A DNA stretch of 64,000 bases from an uncultured Phycisphaerales bacterium (GTDB lineage: Bacteria > Planctomycetota > Phycisphaerae > Tepidisphaerales > Tepidisphaeraceae), in assembly GCA_963844715.1 (NCBI GenBank), contig CAWJPJ010000006.1, positions 800,001 through 864,000 on the forward strand, given 5' to 3'. The translations under genes were made by a program, and so were the position numbers. The notes beneath the pieces were generated by a model, which worked only from the letters and a program-made list of their open reading frames with translations, searched no databases and was not told the DNA's origin. Positions 35,254 to 47,130 of the stretch are shown here, one piece after another. Positions within the stretch are counted from its first letter, which is position 1. Each line of letters starts with the position of its first letter.

Positions 35254-38145
35254 GTGCCCATCGACTATGCACCTTTGGGGGGTCCGAAGCCTCCTTACTA
35301 CCCTCCTATTCTTAACTTGCTGCCAACATTTGCGGTTAAATCCAGCCGAGAAAAACGGCATGGAAAAGGGCGGCATCGCATCCGGGGCGGCGCTTACCGC
35401 CGTGGATTTCAGCAACCCGGCGGCGCCGGCGGCGATGGATCTGCCGCTTCAAATTCCTGCCGCCAAAAACGAATGGACAAATTTTGTCGTGCAGCTGCGC
35501 AACGTTCCATCGCCACTAGCGGGCTCGACATGGACATTGCACATTCAATCGCCGCCCGAAATTGGGGCGGGCAATTTTCGCGCCTATCAAATCTTGCCGG
35601 TGCCGGTCGAGACCAATCGCGCCGGATACGTTCGGCAGACAGGATTGCCCGTCGGCGCGGCAGAGCTTCCGCGCGCTCCTGCCGTTATCTATTCAAGACG
35701 GCGCGATCGCGATGTCATCACTGCGAACGACATCGCATATTTTTATCTGGGTCGATGTCCACATTCCGCCGGAAATTTCCGCCGGGGATTATTCCCTGTC
35801 GTGCTCATTACAGACGGACGAAAAGTCGGGGGCCATTTCGCAAATTCCAATTTCTTTGCATGTGTACGATTTTGCGATTCCAGACGAGCGCCATCTCACC
35901 ATGGTGAGCCGCATCGACTGGAGTTCGCTTCAGCGGCTTTACGAGGATCGATTTGAAGCCATCACGCCCAGGCTGATGAATCGGGGCGATCCGGTTTACG
36001 CGGCCCCTCTGGAAACGCTCGACCAACTGGTCAATTTGAGCGAGGATAATCGGGTCGAGGCGGTCATTCCGCGCCTTCAGCCGACGGTGAAATGGCCCGC
36101 CGGCGAGCCCCCTCAGGCGGATTGGTCCGATTTCGATACGGTGGTCGCCCCCTGGATGAGCGGGGAAGCCTTCGCCGATCGCCAGCCCCTGGCGTATTGG
36201 CCCCTGCCGGCGATCGATTACCTCAATAACTTCGACGATCGAAATCGCCAGGCATACTGGAGCGAGGCAGCGAGCCATTTCAATGCGAACGACTGGCTGA
36301 ACCGCTCGTCGGCGTTTCTTGTCAGCCCCCCCGGCGCATCGGGCGGACGAGGCCCAGGCGGCGAAATTGTCTGCCGAAGCGCAGCTCATTCTGGAAGCGC
36401 ATCCCTTGCTGCGAGTAACCGTGCCCCTGGAGGACGATCAACTCCATTTCGCCGATGAGCAAAATCCTTCGATGATCGATCCCCACAGCGCCGATCGCGT
36501 CATGGCCGCGGCGAAGGGAATTGTATTTGCCGCGCCCAAACTATCGTGGTCCGCCGATGTTTCCCCGCCGGATCATTGGCTGCGCACGGATCTCCCGGGC
36601 CTGGTGCCATATATCGGCGCCGGCGGGGACGAGCGCGACGTGCGGCTGTGGGCGTGGATGGCTTTCCTTAAACGCGCGGGATTGATTCCGTGGAACGATC
36701 CCCTGCCGCAGAGCAACGCGCTCTCCGAACCCGGCGATCCCTCGGAGATGGTCTGGTTCTATCCCGGCAAATGGTTCGGCGTGGATGAGCCGGTGCCGAC
36801 GCTGCAACTCAAATGGCTGCGCCGCGCCGAGCAGGACTATGAATATCTCTATCTCGCCCAGCAGCGCGGCATGTCAACCAATGCGTTTATGCTGGCCCGG
36901 CTGATCATCAAGCCTGTCGAGATTCAGTCGGATCAGTCGCCCGATCCGGAATATTCGCTTTTAACCGGGACGGTGGATCAAGCCACCTGGGACAACGCCC
37001 TGTCGCTCTTGGCGCGGACCATTCTGCTGCGCGCCACCGGCGCGGACCCGACGAGTCCCGAAAATCGCGCCAAACTCGTCGCGTTGAATCTGGACACCAT
37101 CCGCTGGCAGGAGCCAAAGGAACGGCCCTATATATTGCCGCGTGTGGCGCAGTGGCTATGGGAAATGCCGCCCGACCCGCAGGGGAATCAGAAAGTCTTC
37201 GTCCGCCTGGGCGTGGATATTTACAACGCCGGGGACAACCGCCCCACCGACAATCTATTGCAGTGGGATTCCGCCAGCGCCGGTTGGGAATTCCAACCCC
37301 AACCGTTCGTCATCGGCCCGCTTCAGACGTATTGGGTGCAGCGTTTTTCGCTCGAGGCACGCGTGGATTTGCAGAATGTCTCGGCGGAATCGCGCCGGCC
37401 TTTGGAAATCTCCTTCATCGACGGATACACGCACGACGAATACCGCGCCCAGGCAATGCTGCCCATCGCGGTCAGCGACCGGCGCGAAGGAAGACTCTCG
37501 ATCGACGGGAATCTGGACGATTGGGACCAATCCTACGAAATTCATACCGGACGGCTCACTAAAATGCTCGACCGCCCCACCGTTCAGCATTGGCGGATTC
37601 AGCCGGCGGAAACGAGTTCCACACTCTTTAGCGGCTGGGGGGAGGACAATTTCTATTTTGCATTTCATGTTCGAGGGACTGGGGCCGGCCAGCCGCTGCA
37701 TCGGAATTTCATCGAGCAGCAATTCCGGCGCGGATGGGGTGAAGACCTTTGCGAGATGCTGATCCAGCCGATCTATGATGACAACACGATGGGACCGCTG
37801 ACTTACCTCGCCTGTAAGCCCAATGGCGTGTGCGTGGTTAGCCACTCGATCGCGGGGGCGACAAGGCCTTCGGATTCCAGCGCCCAAACGGATACGACCG
37901 TGCGATATGCCGCCAATCCGCAGTCGGGTGCCTGGGATGGGGAGCTGGCGATACCGTGGTCGGTGCTGCTCGACGGCAACCGCCCCCTGCCCCGTCTGCT
38001 GCGGTTCAATTTCATCCAGCATCGGGCCGCCAATGGCGAATCGGACAGTTGGGCCGGCCCCATCGATTACGACCGGGACGACCAGCTCATGGGGCTCCTT
38101 TATTTAAGGGACACCAGCCCCCCCGGCATGTCACAAATGCCATAA
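35254..38145 (+). CDS. large hypothetical carbohydrate-related protein (DUF4091-like region plus CBM9-like C-terminus); several frameshifts
   Basis: AAKNEWTNF, IWVDVHIP, WFYPG..PTLQLKWLRRAEQDYEYL, IDGNLDDW and WDGELAIPW. Start position uncertain. Confidence 0.55.
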
Positions 38146-38379
38146 ACTGGATAGCCCTAAACCCTCCCCCTGCGCAAACCACCGCTTCGCGCAAGTCATT
38201 CTAGATTAACATTATATGGACGTACCAATGGGCTATGAAAGTGCAGATTTCCTTGGCGATTAGGGGTTTGTGGGGTAGCTTCGGTATGATCTTCAGATCG
38301 TCATGCTCCGCGGTGAGGCGGAAGCAAGCTGGGTGATCGCTTTGGACGAGCTTCGTCCATTCATTCGTGGGAGAAACAG

Positions 38380-39219
38380 ATGTTCCTTTCTCTGGTTCGC
38401 CGCCCTTGGCGCGGTGTGGCGGCGCTGATGTTCTCTGGCGTGTTCGCCGCCGCCGCCCAGGCGACGCCCGTGGTCCTCACGGATGGAAACTCGTCGGTCG
38501 ATTTCGACCCGGCAACCAAAACCGGCCAGTCGAGCTGGGTCGTTGACGGCGCCAACGAATTGACCGAGGGTTGGCTCTGGGGCACCACCAGCACGGGCGC
38601 CCTCTCCACCATAAGTAACCAGTTTTCCAGCGGCGGGGTTCTCTCCGCCACCTATCAAGGCGATGGATTTAACACCGTCCTTAATTTCACGCTCGTCGGT
38701 GGCAGCACCGGCAGCAAAACCTCCTCTATTATCGAAACCCTGACCTTCAACAACACGAGCGACGCGCCGATTCAGGCCAAAATTTTCGATTACGAGAATT
38801 TCGCCCTCGATGGCGCGGCCGGCAACGACACGCTGACGTTGAGCGGGTCCCCCGTGAATACCGCCGATCAGACTGATCCCCTCGGCACGGACGCCAATGT
38901 CGTCGCCACCGGCGGCGGCGCGGCGCCGGACTTCTATCAGATCGGAACCAACGGGTCCGTCCTGGCTCTCTTGGCCAGCACGAATGACACCGTCACGCTC
39001 AATGACAACAGCACCGGTCCTCTGGTTGGCGATGACAGCTTCGCCTTTGAATGGGAGCCGACCATCGATGCGGGCGGGAGCTTCCAGATCAGTGTCAATC
39101 AAACCATTACGGGAGGCGCGATGGTGCCGCTGCCCAACGCTGCTCTCAGCGGGGCGGGACTCCTCGGCCTCCTCACAGGCATCGCGCTGATGCGCAAAGC
39201 GTTTCGGGCCTGGGCCTGA
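38380..39219 (+). CDS. secreted protein with PEP-CTERM-like (VPLP) sorting signal
   Basis: Signal peptide ending AQA, Thr/Ser/Asn-rich beta body, and C-terminus MVPLPNAALSGAGLLGLLTGIALMRK. Confidence 0.8.
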   Translation: MFLSLVRRPWRGVAALMFSGVFAAAAQATPVVLTDGNSSVDFDPATKTGQSSWVVDGANELTEGWLWGTTSTGALSTISNQFSSGGVLSATYQGDGFNTVLNFTLVGGSTGSKTSSIIETLTFNNTSDAPIQAKIFDYENFALDGAAGNDTLTLSGSPVNTADQTDPLGTDANVVATGGGAAPDFYQIGTNGSVLALLASTNDTVTLNDNSTGPLVGDDSFAFEWEPTIDAGGSFQISVNQTITGGAMVPLPNAALSGAGLLGLLTGIALMRKAFRAWA

Positions 39220-39260
39220 TTCGCGCCACGGGATCGAAGATATTCACATCGTCCCCCAAG

Positions 39261-39289
39261 CCAGCCGCGGCACTCTTCGCCGCGGCTGG
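39261..39289 (+). terminator. GC-rich hairpin, probable intrinsic terminator
   Basis: ccagccgcggc-N7-gccgcggctgg followed by a weak T tract, downstream of the stop at 39219. Confidence 0.5.
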
Positions 39290-39524
39290 AGTGTTTCTAT
39301 CTCCTGATTAAACGACGCCATTGCGCGAAAATCTGGCGACGTTTCGCGCCGGTCGATTGTCGCAAACCATACCGCCAATGTCGTTTTCGACGAAAAATCG
39401 CTGCCTCTCCATTGTGAAGCGCATACGCGAAATCACCGGGGAAACGCGGTTTCGCGTGCATGAGCGCCCGGTTCAGGCCGCATAAATGTCCAATAAATGA
39501 TGCTCAAAATGATGCGCTTTTCTG

Positions 39525-39554
39525 TTGACTGATTCCGCGCGTCCGTGTTATAGG
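39525..39554 (+). promoter_or_regulatory. putative sigma70-type promoter
   Basis: TTGACT-N18-TATAGG upstream of the PEP-CTERM gene. Confidence 0.3.
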
Positions 39555-39789
39555 ACCCGCGACGGCCTAGTGGAGGTATTTGGTATCGGTGTAGCGGATT
39601 AACATTTCGATTCATCTCCCCTCCCCTCAGGCGGTCTCTGTTCTGTTTTGCAGGGTTGTTAGTTGTTCAAAAAGTAGATCGGCAAGAGGCCAGTGATCCA
39701 CCGGCCAAGCCATGAAGAGAGTCCGCGCGGACGCGGCGGCTTTGGACGGGGATCACGCATTTACCTTACTTAAGGTGGAAGGTGGAGAG

Positions 39790-41516
39790 ATGTACGTACA
39801 TCCTGGGGTTAAACGGTCAATATCGGGGAAGCGCTATCTGGCATGGGCTCTGGGGCTTGGCGTGGCCGGGCTGCTGGGGGTGCCCAAAGCGGCATTTGCG
39901 CAGACACAAGTCAATGCGGGATTCTCGTTCTACCAGGAAGATGAATTCGAGGCGGGGACTTCCGAGACCCAATCCAGTCCGGATTACACCAGTACGGCAA
40001 TGATCAGCGTTAACCCGAATATCGGCGGCGGCAGCGACGGATATGTCAACGTCGTCGATGGGAACGGCAATTGGGTCGTTCAGAACATGCCGGTCATTCC
40101 CCAGCAGAGTTCGGCTACGACCAGCGCCCCGGTGGATCTGGGGACGCCGGACGATTCGCAAGACGCTTCTGAATCCGCCGCCGTCTATTTCTCCACCAAT
40201 CCGGTAGCCAGCGCGCCCTCGGGTGGAACCGATCAGTCTTATTCTTTGGCGACCGATGACATCGACCCGCAAGGGGCCGGGACCGATCCCAACGAGGCGA
40301 CCGATGAAACGGAATATAATCCGACCATCGGGCCGGGCGGGGCGCCGGGTGTGAACTCCTTTTCGCCCAATTGGGCCGGAATTTTCTCCGGCACGACTCT
40401 GGTCTGGGTTAAGAACTTCAACACCTATAACGTGCAGGCGGCGCTGAATCAGTGCGGTCCCTCGGCGGAAGCCAACGGAATCAATTATCTGGCGACGAAC
40501 AATGCGACCTTCGCCGCCGCGCTGGGCGTCAATTTCAACAACAATCCTGGGCAGGGAATCTTCTCCTCGATGGCCAAAACCGGCACAACCTATACGCCCA
40601 CCGGTGCCTATCCCTACGCCGGCAACGCCTCAACCTATTACGTATCGACGGCCAACGCCAACTCCGCCGCCAGCATTCAGACGTTGACCAATTCCGGCAG
40701 TGCCGCGACGTCGAGCCTGGTTGCCCTGATGGACGTCGCCACCGCCCGCCAGGCTGGGACCGTAGCCGGGCCAGGGCCGATTTACTCCGAGACCCAGAAC
40801 CGCACGGCCGGCAGCGGCGTGTATCCCCTTCAGGGTTTGATTAATTTCATGAACGGCTACGCCGCGCCGAATCTGAAAGTCAGCGTCGGTTATGAGAGCG
40901 TCGCGCATTTGAAAACCCGACCGTGCCGGTGAACGCAAACATGACCGTCGCTGCCCAGAATGCCGGCACCATCAATGTGAACTCCAGTCCCGAATGGATG
41001 TTCCAGCAGTTGATCAACGGCGCGATGGTGACCCTCTCGTACGCGTCCTATACGTACAACGCCAGGGTGACATGGAATAACACCAGCGGCAATATTATCG
41101 GGACCCCGACTTTTGGCGCGACCACACAAACCGTCTCGCACGAAGTCATGTTGTCGGCCATGACCAAAACCGGCCTGGGCGCCAACGCCCAATATCAGGT
41201 GCTGCTCACCTCCGACCTGAACCAGGCCAACGACTTGAGCCTGGGAAATAATCCCAGTTTCTGGTCGACGATCGGAAGCAAGACTGGAAGCATAAACGCC
41301 TACCTGAACGGGCCCGGCATGTCCGGAACGGCGCTCCTTCCCGGAGCTATTAATAATGGCAACGGGACCAGCACCGGAACCTATCAGATCGATTACAGCT
41401 ACATCACCGCCATTGAAGTGGCTTCCGTGCCGGAACCGGCCTCGGCCTCCATGCTGCTCATTGGAGCCGCGGGACTGCTCGGCCGGCGGCGTCGATCGCG
41501 ACACCTTGCTGTTTAA
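39790..41516 (+). CDS. PEP-CTERM protein; frameshift near 40915
   Basis: Signal peptide ending AFA, with GGAG upstream of ATG 39790. C-terminus VPEPASASMLLIGAAGLLGRRRRSR. Confidence 0.8.
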
Positions 41517-41546
41517 CTTGGGACACCATCCCTAGGTCACATGTGT

Positions 41547-41574
41547 CCGCCCGCGGAAGCGTTTCCGCGGGCGG
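41547..41574 (+). terminator. hairpin, probable intrinsic terminator
   Basis: ccgcccgcggaa-gcgt-ttccgcgggcgg followed by cgctgtttt. Confidence 0.55.
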
Positions 41575-41632
41575 CGCTGTTTGGAGACCGGGGCTTGCAG
41601 GGTTACAATTCGCACGTCAATAGCCATGGAAG

Positions 41633-44044
41633 GTGCTGATGCCTCGGGATATTCCAGTCGGCAACGGATCGCTGCTGGTCGCATTCGATAATCGCTATCA
41701 AATCCGCGACGTTTTCTTTCCGCATGTCGGGCAGGAAAATCACGCCGGCGCCGGGCCGTGCCGGTTTGGGGTATACGCGGATATCCCGGCCGCGGGAAAG
41801 AGCCGCCTGGCCTGGACAAGCGACCCCGCCTGGCAGATTCGCCAGCGATACCTCCGCGATTGCCTGACCACCAGTGTCAGTCTGGATCACGCCCAACTGC
41901 GGCTCTCCCTCTACTGCAACGACGCGGTCGATTTCCATCGAAATATTCTGGTGCGGAAGATCAAAATCAAGAATCTCACCGAGGCCGCGCGCACCGTTCA
42001 GATCATCCATCATCAGGACTTCAACATGTTCGGGACGAAAGTGGGCGACACCGCCTATTTCGATCCGGAACTGAAATCGATCGTCCACTACCGCGGCAAG
42101 CGATACCTGATGGCCACGTTTTTCTCCGGCGCAGAGCAGCGGATCGATGAATACGCAACGGGAACCAGCGGCTTTCAAGGCGCCGAGGGAACCTGGCGCG
42201 ACGCGGAAGACGGGCACCTCCAGGGGAACGCCATCGCGCAAGGCGCCGTCGACAGCACGATCAGCCTGCACGTGCCGGTGCGGGGCGGCGGGGAATCGAG
42301 CGTTTACTTCGCGATGATCGCGGCCGAGTCGCGCGAGGAATTACTCGAGCAGCATCGCTGGCTCCTTCGCCAGACCCCGCAAACGGTGCTGGATCGCACC
42401 ACCAGCTACTGGCGGCTTTGGGTCGGCGGCACCCACATCAACTTCGGCAATTTGCCCGCCAAGGTCGTCGAACTCTTCAAACGCTCGCTGCTGGTCATGC
42501 GCACGCAGATCGACAACGGCGGCGCCATCGTCGCCGCAAACGACAGCGATCTGCTGCAATACGCGCGCGACACCTATTCGTACATGTGGCCGCGCGACGG
42601 CGCCCTGGTCGCCGATTCATTGGACATGGCGGGACTGCCGGACGTCGCCAAATGGTTTTACAGTTTTTGCCGCGATGTGATCACACCCGAGGGATATTTC
42701 CGCCACAAATACAATCCGGACGGCTCCCCCGCTTCGAGTTGGCATCCCTGGGTGATGCGCGGGCAGAGCGCCATGCCGATCCAGGAGGACGAAACGGCCC
42801 TGGTCGTCTGGGCGCTCTGGCGGCATTACTACCGCTACCGGGACATCGAATATATCCGCCCCCTCTGGGTGGACCTGGTGCAAAAGGCCGCCGATTTCAT
42901 GGTGCGATATCGCGATCAGCGGACCGGCCTGCCGCTCCCCAGTTACGATCTATGGGAAGAGCGCTGGGGCGTGCACGCCTTTACGATCGCGACCGTTTAC
43001 GGCGCCCTCAAAGCCGCGCGCAACTTCGCCGTTTGCTTTGGAGAGCGCGCCAAGGCCGAGACCTACAACCAGGCTGCCGAAGAGATCAAAACATCCGCCG
43101 CGAAATATCTGTGGAGCGAAAAGCACAAGCGCTTCGTCCGCCGCCTCATTCCGCGCGACAACAACACCAACGGCGACGACATCTACGAAGTCGATGAAGT
43201 CGTCGACGCCTCCCTTTACGCAATTTACAAGTTTCATCTGTTCGACGCCCACGACCCGCGCGTCGAGCAAACCATGCGTCAGGTCGAAAGCCGCCTGTGG
43301 ATCAAAACCCGCGTCGGCGGCGTCTGCCGATACGAACACGACAACTATCACCGCGTCAGCACCGATCTCGCCGGCGTGCCCGGAAACCCCTGGTTCATCT
43401 GCACCCTATGGCTCGCCGATTATTTCATCACCCGAGCGCAATCCGCGGCGGATCTGAAGATGGCGCTCCCGATTTTCGAATGGACCGCCAGCCACGCGCT
43501 CGAATCCGGCGTCCTAGCCGAGCAAGTCAACCCCTACACAAACGAGCCCATCAGCGTCTCCCCCCTAACCTGGTCCCACGCCGCCGTCGTCGGCACCGTG
43601 ATAACTTATTTGGAAAAGCTCGAAGAATTACAGACCTGCTCCGAATGCAATCAGCCGATGTTTCATGTTCGCCATGACGGCCCCACTTCCATGAAGAGCC
43701 AGGCGAATTTCGATCGCCTCGAGGTTTGGCCGCAATCCCCCAACGAGCGCGAAATGACCAGCGCCGTCGGCCGATTCACTTCCACCGACCCCCACACCGG
43801 CCGCCAGCAGGCGGTCACGCTCGGAATCGACATCCGCGACTGCATCGGCTGCGAAGTCTGCGTGGCTCACTGCAAGCAAAACGTCCTGCGAATGGTCGAC
43901 GGCAAGGCTCTGGTCGATCTGCAAAATCTCAATCAGTGCGATCTCGATGCCGAGTGCGTCGAGGTCTGCCCGACCGATGTCGTCATGCTGCGTGTAGTTC
44001 CAATCGAGCCGGCTCTTCGCGACGCGAAAGCGCCCGTCGCGTGA
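41633..44044 (+). CDS. glycoside hydrolase family 15 with C-terminal 4Fe-4S dicluster ferredoxin domain
   Basis: MPRDIPVGNG, YSYMWPRDGA, QEDET, SYDLWEE, LAEQV and SPLTWSHA. The tail has CIGCEVCVAHC and CDLDAECVEVCP. Confidence 0.88.
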   Translation: MLMPRDIPVGNGSLLVAFDNRYQIRDVFFPHVGQENHAGAGPCRFGVYADIPAAGKSRLAWTSDPAWQIRQRYLRDCLTTSVSLDHAQLRLSLYCNDAVDFHRNILVRKIKIKNLTEAARTVQIIHHQDFNMFGTKVGDTAYFDPELKSIVHYRGKRYLMATFFSGAEQRIDEYATGTSGFQGAEGTWRDAEDGHLQGNAIAQGAVDSTISLHVPVRGGGESSVYFAMIAAESREELLEQHRWLLRQTPQTVLDRTTSYWRLWVGGTHINFGNLPAKVVELFKRSLLVMRTQIDNGGAIVAANDSDLLQYARDTYSYMWPRDGALVADSLDMAGLPDVAKWFYSFCRDVITPEGYFRHKYNPDGSPASSWHPWVMRGQSAMPIQEDETALVVWALWRHYYRYRDIEYIRPLWVDLVQKAADFMVRYRDQRTGLPLPSYDLWEERWGVHAFTIATVYGALKAARNFAVCFGERAKAETYNQAAEEIKTSAAKYLWSEKHKRFVRRLIPRDNNTNGDDIYEVDEVVDASLYAIYKFHLFDAHDPRVEQTMRQVESRLWIKTRVGGVCRYEHDNYHRVSTDLAGVPGNPWFICTLWLADYFITRAQSAADLKMALPIFEWTASHALESGVLAEQVNPYTNEPISVSPLTWSHAAVVGTVITYLEKLEELQTCSECNQPMFHVRHDGPTSMKSQANFDRLEVWPQSPNEREMTSAVGRFTSTDPHTGRQQAVTLGIDIRDCIGCEVCVAHCKQNVLRMVDGKALVDLQNLNQCDLDAECVEVCPTDVVMLRVVPIEPALRDAKAPVA

Positions 44045-45733
44045 AATAAACCAGCAGCCCGACAAACGCCAGACAGAGCAAAACCTCATTCGTCCACGCC
44101 GATGGAAACGCGTCGCCAATGAAGTGATACCCGAGGATGTGCTTGGCGACGATGTTCTGCTCCGCGAATTGGCTGGGGAGATGATCGCCAAGCACGATGC
44201 CGGGGAGACGCTGGCCCATGACGGGCCGAACGGCGTATTCAGCGTGTTCATTGTGCAACTGAAATAGAATCCCCAGCACAAAATCGATTCCGCACCCGCA
44301 CACGCCCAGGATCTGCCACGGAACCGACAGTCGCGGCAAAAGCGACGCGAAGCGCATATTCCAAAATAAATCAGCGGCAGCCCCCACAGCGGCAGCGACC
44401 CCCAAGCCTTCAGTTCCGGAGTGGATGCGATTCCCAGCAACGTCGTAACAACAAACATCATGAGCCAGAACCGCCCCACCACTGGCGCGAGATTGAGCCG
44501 CCGCAGATGCACCACCAGGATCAGCCCGCCGAAAATTCCCCACGCAAACGGGATGGTCGTCTGATCGAGGCAGAAAATCAGGTCGCGAATTAGCGCCGGC
44601 GGGTCGCTCTGCGCGAATTGCCCATAGGGAACACTGCGGAAGAAATACGGCACAAACACATTGACCGCGTTCCCCCCCATCACCGCAATGCGAGTCCACG
44701 ACTGATCTTCGATCGCCCACGCCGTCGTGTTCGTGCGCACAGTATGGCTCACGCCGTAAGTGTGAATCGCCCAAACAAACCACGTCGCCAGCAGCGCCGC
44801 GCACACCCCCGCGATCGTCAATATCTCCCCGAACTTGTTTCGACGCTTCGGCCAGACGGCGACCAAATAATGCAGCCCCAGCGCCGCCGCCCAGGCGCAT
44901 GCGTAATAATGCGAGAGACACGCCATCGCCACGAAAAAAAATCCGGCGGTTAATCGACCGCGATCGTTTTTCATCCACCCGCGCAAATAAAACCAGACCG
45001 CCAGCAAACAAGGCATCGCCGTGAATGATTTTGTCCACGCAAATTCCACGTTTTCCATCACCGCGGCGTTGGTGGCGAGCAAGAAAAGTATCGCGGCGGT
45101 CGCGGCGCGGCGGCCGAGTTTTCTATTCGCGCCGCTGGTTACGAAAAGAAAACAAACCAGCGCGGGAAGTAAATTCAAAAACAGCGCGATGAACTGATAA
45201 GTTTTAAAATCGTTGCCGTACAGCGCCATGAAATGCGCGCAAACCAGGTTCATCAGCGGCGGCCGCGCCGTCAGGAGATACATGCCGAGAATTCTGTAAT
45301 TCAAATCCCAGTGCTCAAGAAAGAAAAGCGGGCGTTTGTAATGTTCGATCCAATCAAAATAGATATCCCCGCCGCCAAAATTGCGAATATCCGCGGCTTG
45401 CAAAAGCGCCCAGCACCAAAGAACCCCAAACGCGCCCAAAACCCGGCGAATATGCCGCCGCGCAATCAATCGCCGCAAATCTTTCCACGATGCGATCGTC
45501 ATCGCGCCGCAAATCGCGGCCAGGATTCGATGCGAATTAATCGTTGGCAGATTCGCCGCGTAAATGAACATCGACCCAGCGTAAATAAACACCAGCGACG
45601 CGGCGACCGAAGCGCAAAGAGTTTCCAGCGGCTTCCAGCGGAAATGGCGCACGAAAAATAATCCCGGCCCGATCGAAGCCACGGCGAGCCACAACAAGAG
45701 GAGCGGAAAATAAACCGGGATGGATAATAACAT
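43983..45733 (-). CDS. polytopic membrane protein, GT-C/ArnT-like; frameshift near 44355
   Basis: More than 10 hydrophobic segments, with DWIEHY, ARPPLMNL and FAWTK. Confidence 0.55.
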
Positions 45734-45784
45734 GATGTATCAACAGCCGCGGCGGATTCGCGGCGTGCGAGCCCCGCGCGGATC

Positions 45785-46831
45785 ATGTACACTATCGGCA
45801 TGGAGAAGAACGGAATGCACAAAACGAGCGAAATCCTGCGCGTTGGCGTGATCGGTTGCGGACGAATGGGACGTCTGCACGCGCGGGTTTATTCGCAAAT
45901 GCCCACGGTCAAAGTCATGGGGGTTTATGATATTTCCGAGGATGTGCGCACGGCGGTCGCCGAGGAATTCAATCTCACCGCCGCCAAATCGCTCGAGGAA
46001 TTGCTGCCGAATCTCGATGCCGTCACCATCGCGGTGCCGACGAAGTTTCATCTCGGAATCGCCGAGCAATGCTTGCGCAGAAAGATCGCCTGCCTGATCG
46101 AAAAACCCCTGGCGAAAGATACCGTCGAGGCCGCCAAGATCGTCGAACTCGCCAAACAATTCAGCACCACCGTGCAAGTCGGCCACATCGAGCGATTCAA
46201 TCCCGCGATTCGAGCCATGGCGCGATTGAAGATTCAGCCGCGGTTTCTGGAAGTCACGCGCATCAGCCCCATGACGTTCCGCAGCATCGACGTCGGCGTC
46301 GTGCTCGACATGATGATCCACGATATCGATATCGTCCTGAGCCTCGCCAACTCGACTGTGTCGAAAATCGACGCCATCGGCGTCAGCGTCCTCGGCGAAT
46401 ACGAAGACATCTGCAACGCCCGCCTCACCTTCGCCAACGGCTGCGTCGCCAATCTCACCGCCAGCCGCCTGGCGATGCGCACCGATCGCCGCCTGCGCGT
46501 CTTCAGTCATGACGCCTACGTCTCAATCGACTATCAAAAACGCCACGGCACAGTCATCCGCCGCGGCGGAAATGTCGAGGCCATCCGCAAGGCCGTCGCC
46601 CAAATCCGCGCCGGCGAAATCGAGGACCTCTCCCAACTCAACTACAAGGACCTGGTCCATTTCGAGGAACTGCAAAGCGACGATGTCGAGCCCCTGACAG
46701 CCGAGTTGGATTCGTTCGTCGAGGCGATGCAGACAGGCTCCCGGCCGCTGGTGAACGCCGAGGATGGAATGCACGCGGTGGAAGTCGCCCAGCGAATCGT
46801 CGCGGCGATTGGGCCGGCGAAGCTGGGATGA
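45785..46831 (+). CDS. Gfo/Idh/MocA oxidoreductase (UDP-GlcNAc 3-dehydrogenase GnnA-like)
   Basis: GVIGCGRMG, IEKPLA, VGHIERFNPA, VVLDMMIHDID and ANLTASR. The start may be a later Met. Confidence 0.85.
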   Translation: MYTIGMEKNGMHKTSEILRVGVIGCGRMGRLHARVYSQMPTVKVMGVYDISEDVRTAVAEEFNLTAAKSLEELLPNLDAVTIAVPTKFHLGIAEQCLRRKIACLIEKPLAKDTVEAAKIVELAKQFSTTVQVGHIERFNPAIRAMARLKIQPRFLEVTRISPMTFRSIDVGVVLDMMIHDIDIVLSLANSTVSKIDAIGVSVLGEYEDICNARLTFANGCVANLTASRLAMRTDRRLRVFSHDAYVSIDYQKRHGTVIRRGGNVEAIRKAVAQIRAGEIEDLSQLNYKDLVHFEELQSDDVEPLTAELDSFVEAMQTGSRPLVNAEDGMHAVEVAQRIVAAIGPAKLG

Positions 46832-46885
46832 AGATAGTTGCCAGGTGCCCAAAGAAGGCCGGGATTTTCTGACAACAACCGATGA

Positions 46886-46950
46886 GTCCTAATCTTTATC
46901 TTGCTCCTAATCTTCTTCGTAATCTTAATCTTGATCTTAATCCTAATCTC
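46886..46950. repeat. degenerate hexamer tandem repeat (TAATCY)
   Basis: cctaatctttatcttgctcctaatcttcttcgtaatcttaatcttgatcttaatcctaatctc. Complementary-sense tracts are at 50278-50320 and 50884-50907. Confidence 0.8.
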
Positions 46951-47023
46951 CGCGTTGGCTTCCCCCGGTGAATTCAGTTTTGCCACAGATGGGGCACCGA
47001 TTCACACACATTCTCCGCGAAAG

Positions 47024-47045
47024 CCAACGGATGGCCATCCGTTGG
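47024..47045. repeat. perfect 22-bp palindrome, REP-like
   Basis: ccaacggatggccatccgttgg. Confidence 0.7.
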
Positions 47046-47100
47046 GAACCGACCTCACCCCCAGCTTCGGCAGCCGAGTGCTCACCAGCATCCGTCAGCT

Positions 47101-47130
47101 AGCCGAAGGACCGCCGTGGTGGCGAACTGG
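47101..47130 (+). repeat. dispersed ~30-bp repeat, copy 1 (others at 50026-50055 and 50338-50367)
   Basis: agccgaagg(a/g)ccgccgtgg(t/c)gg...aac. The first two copies match at 22 of 23 positions. Confidence 0.8.
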
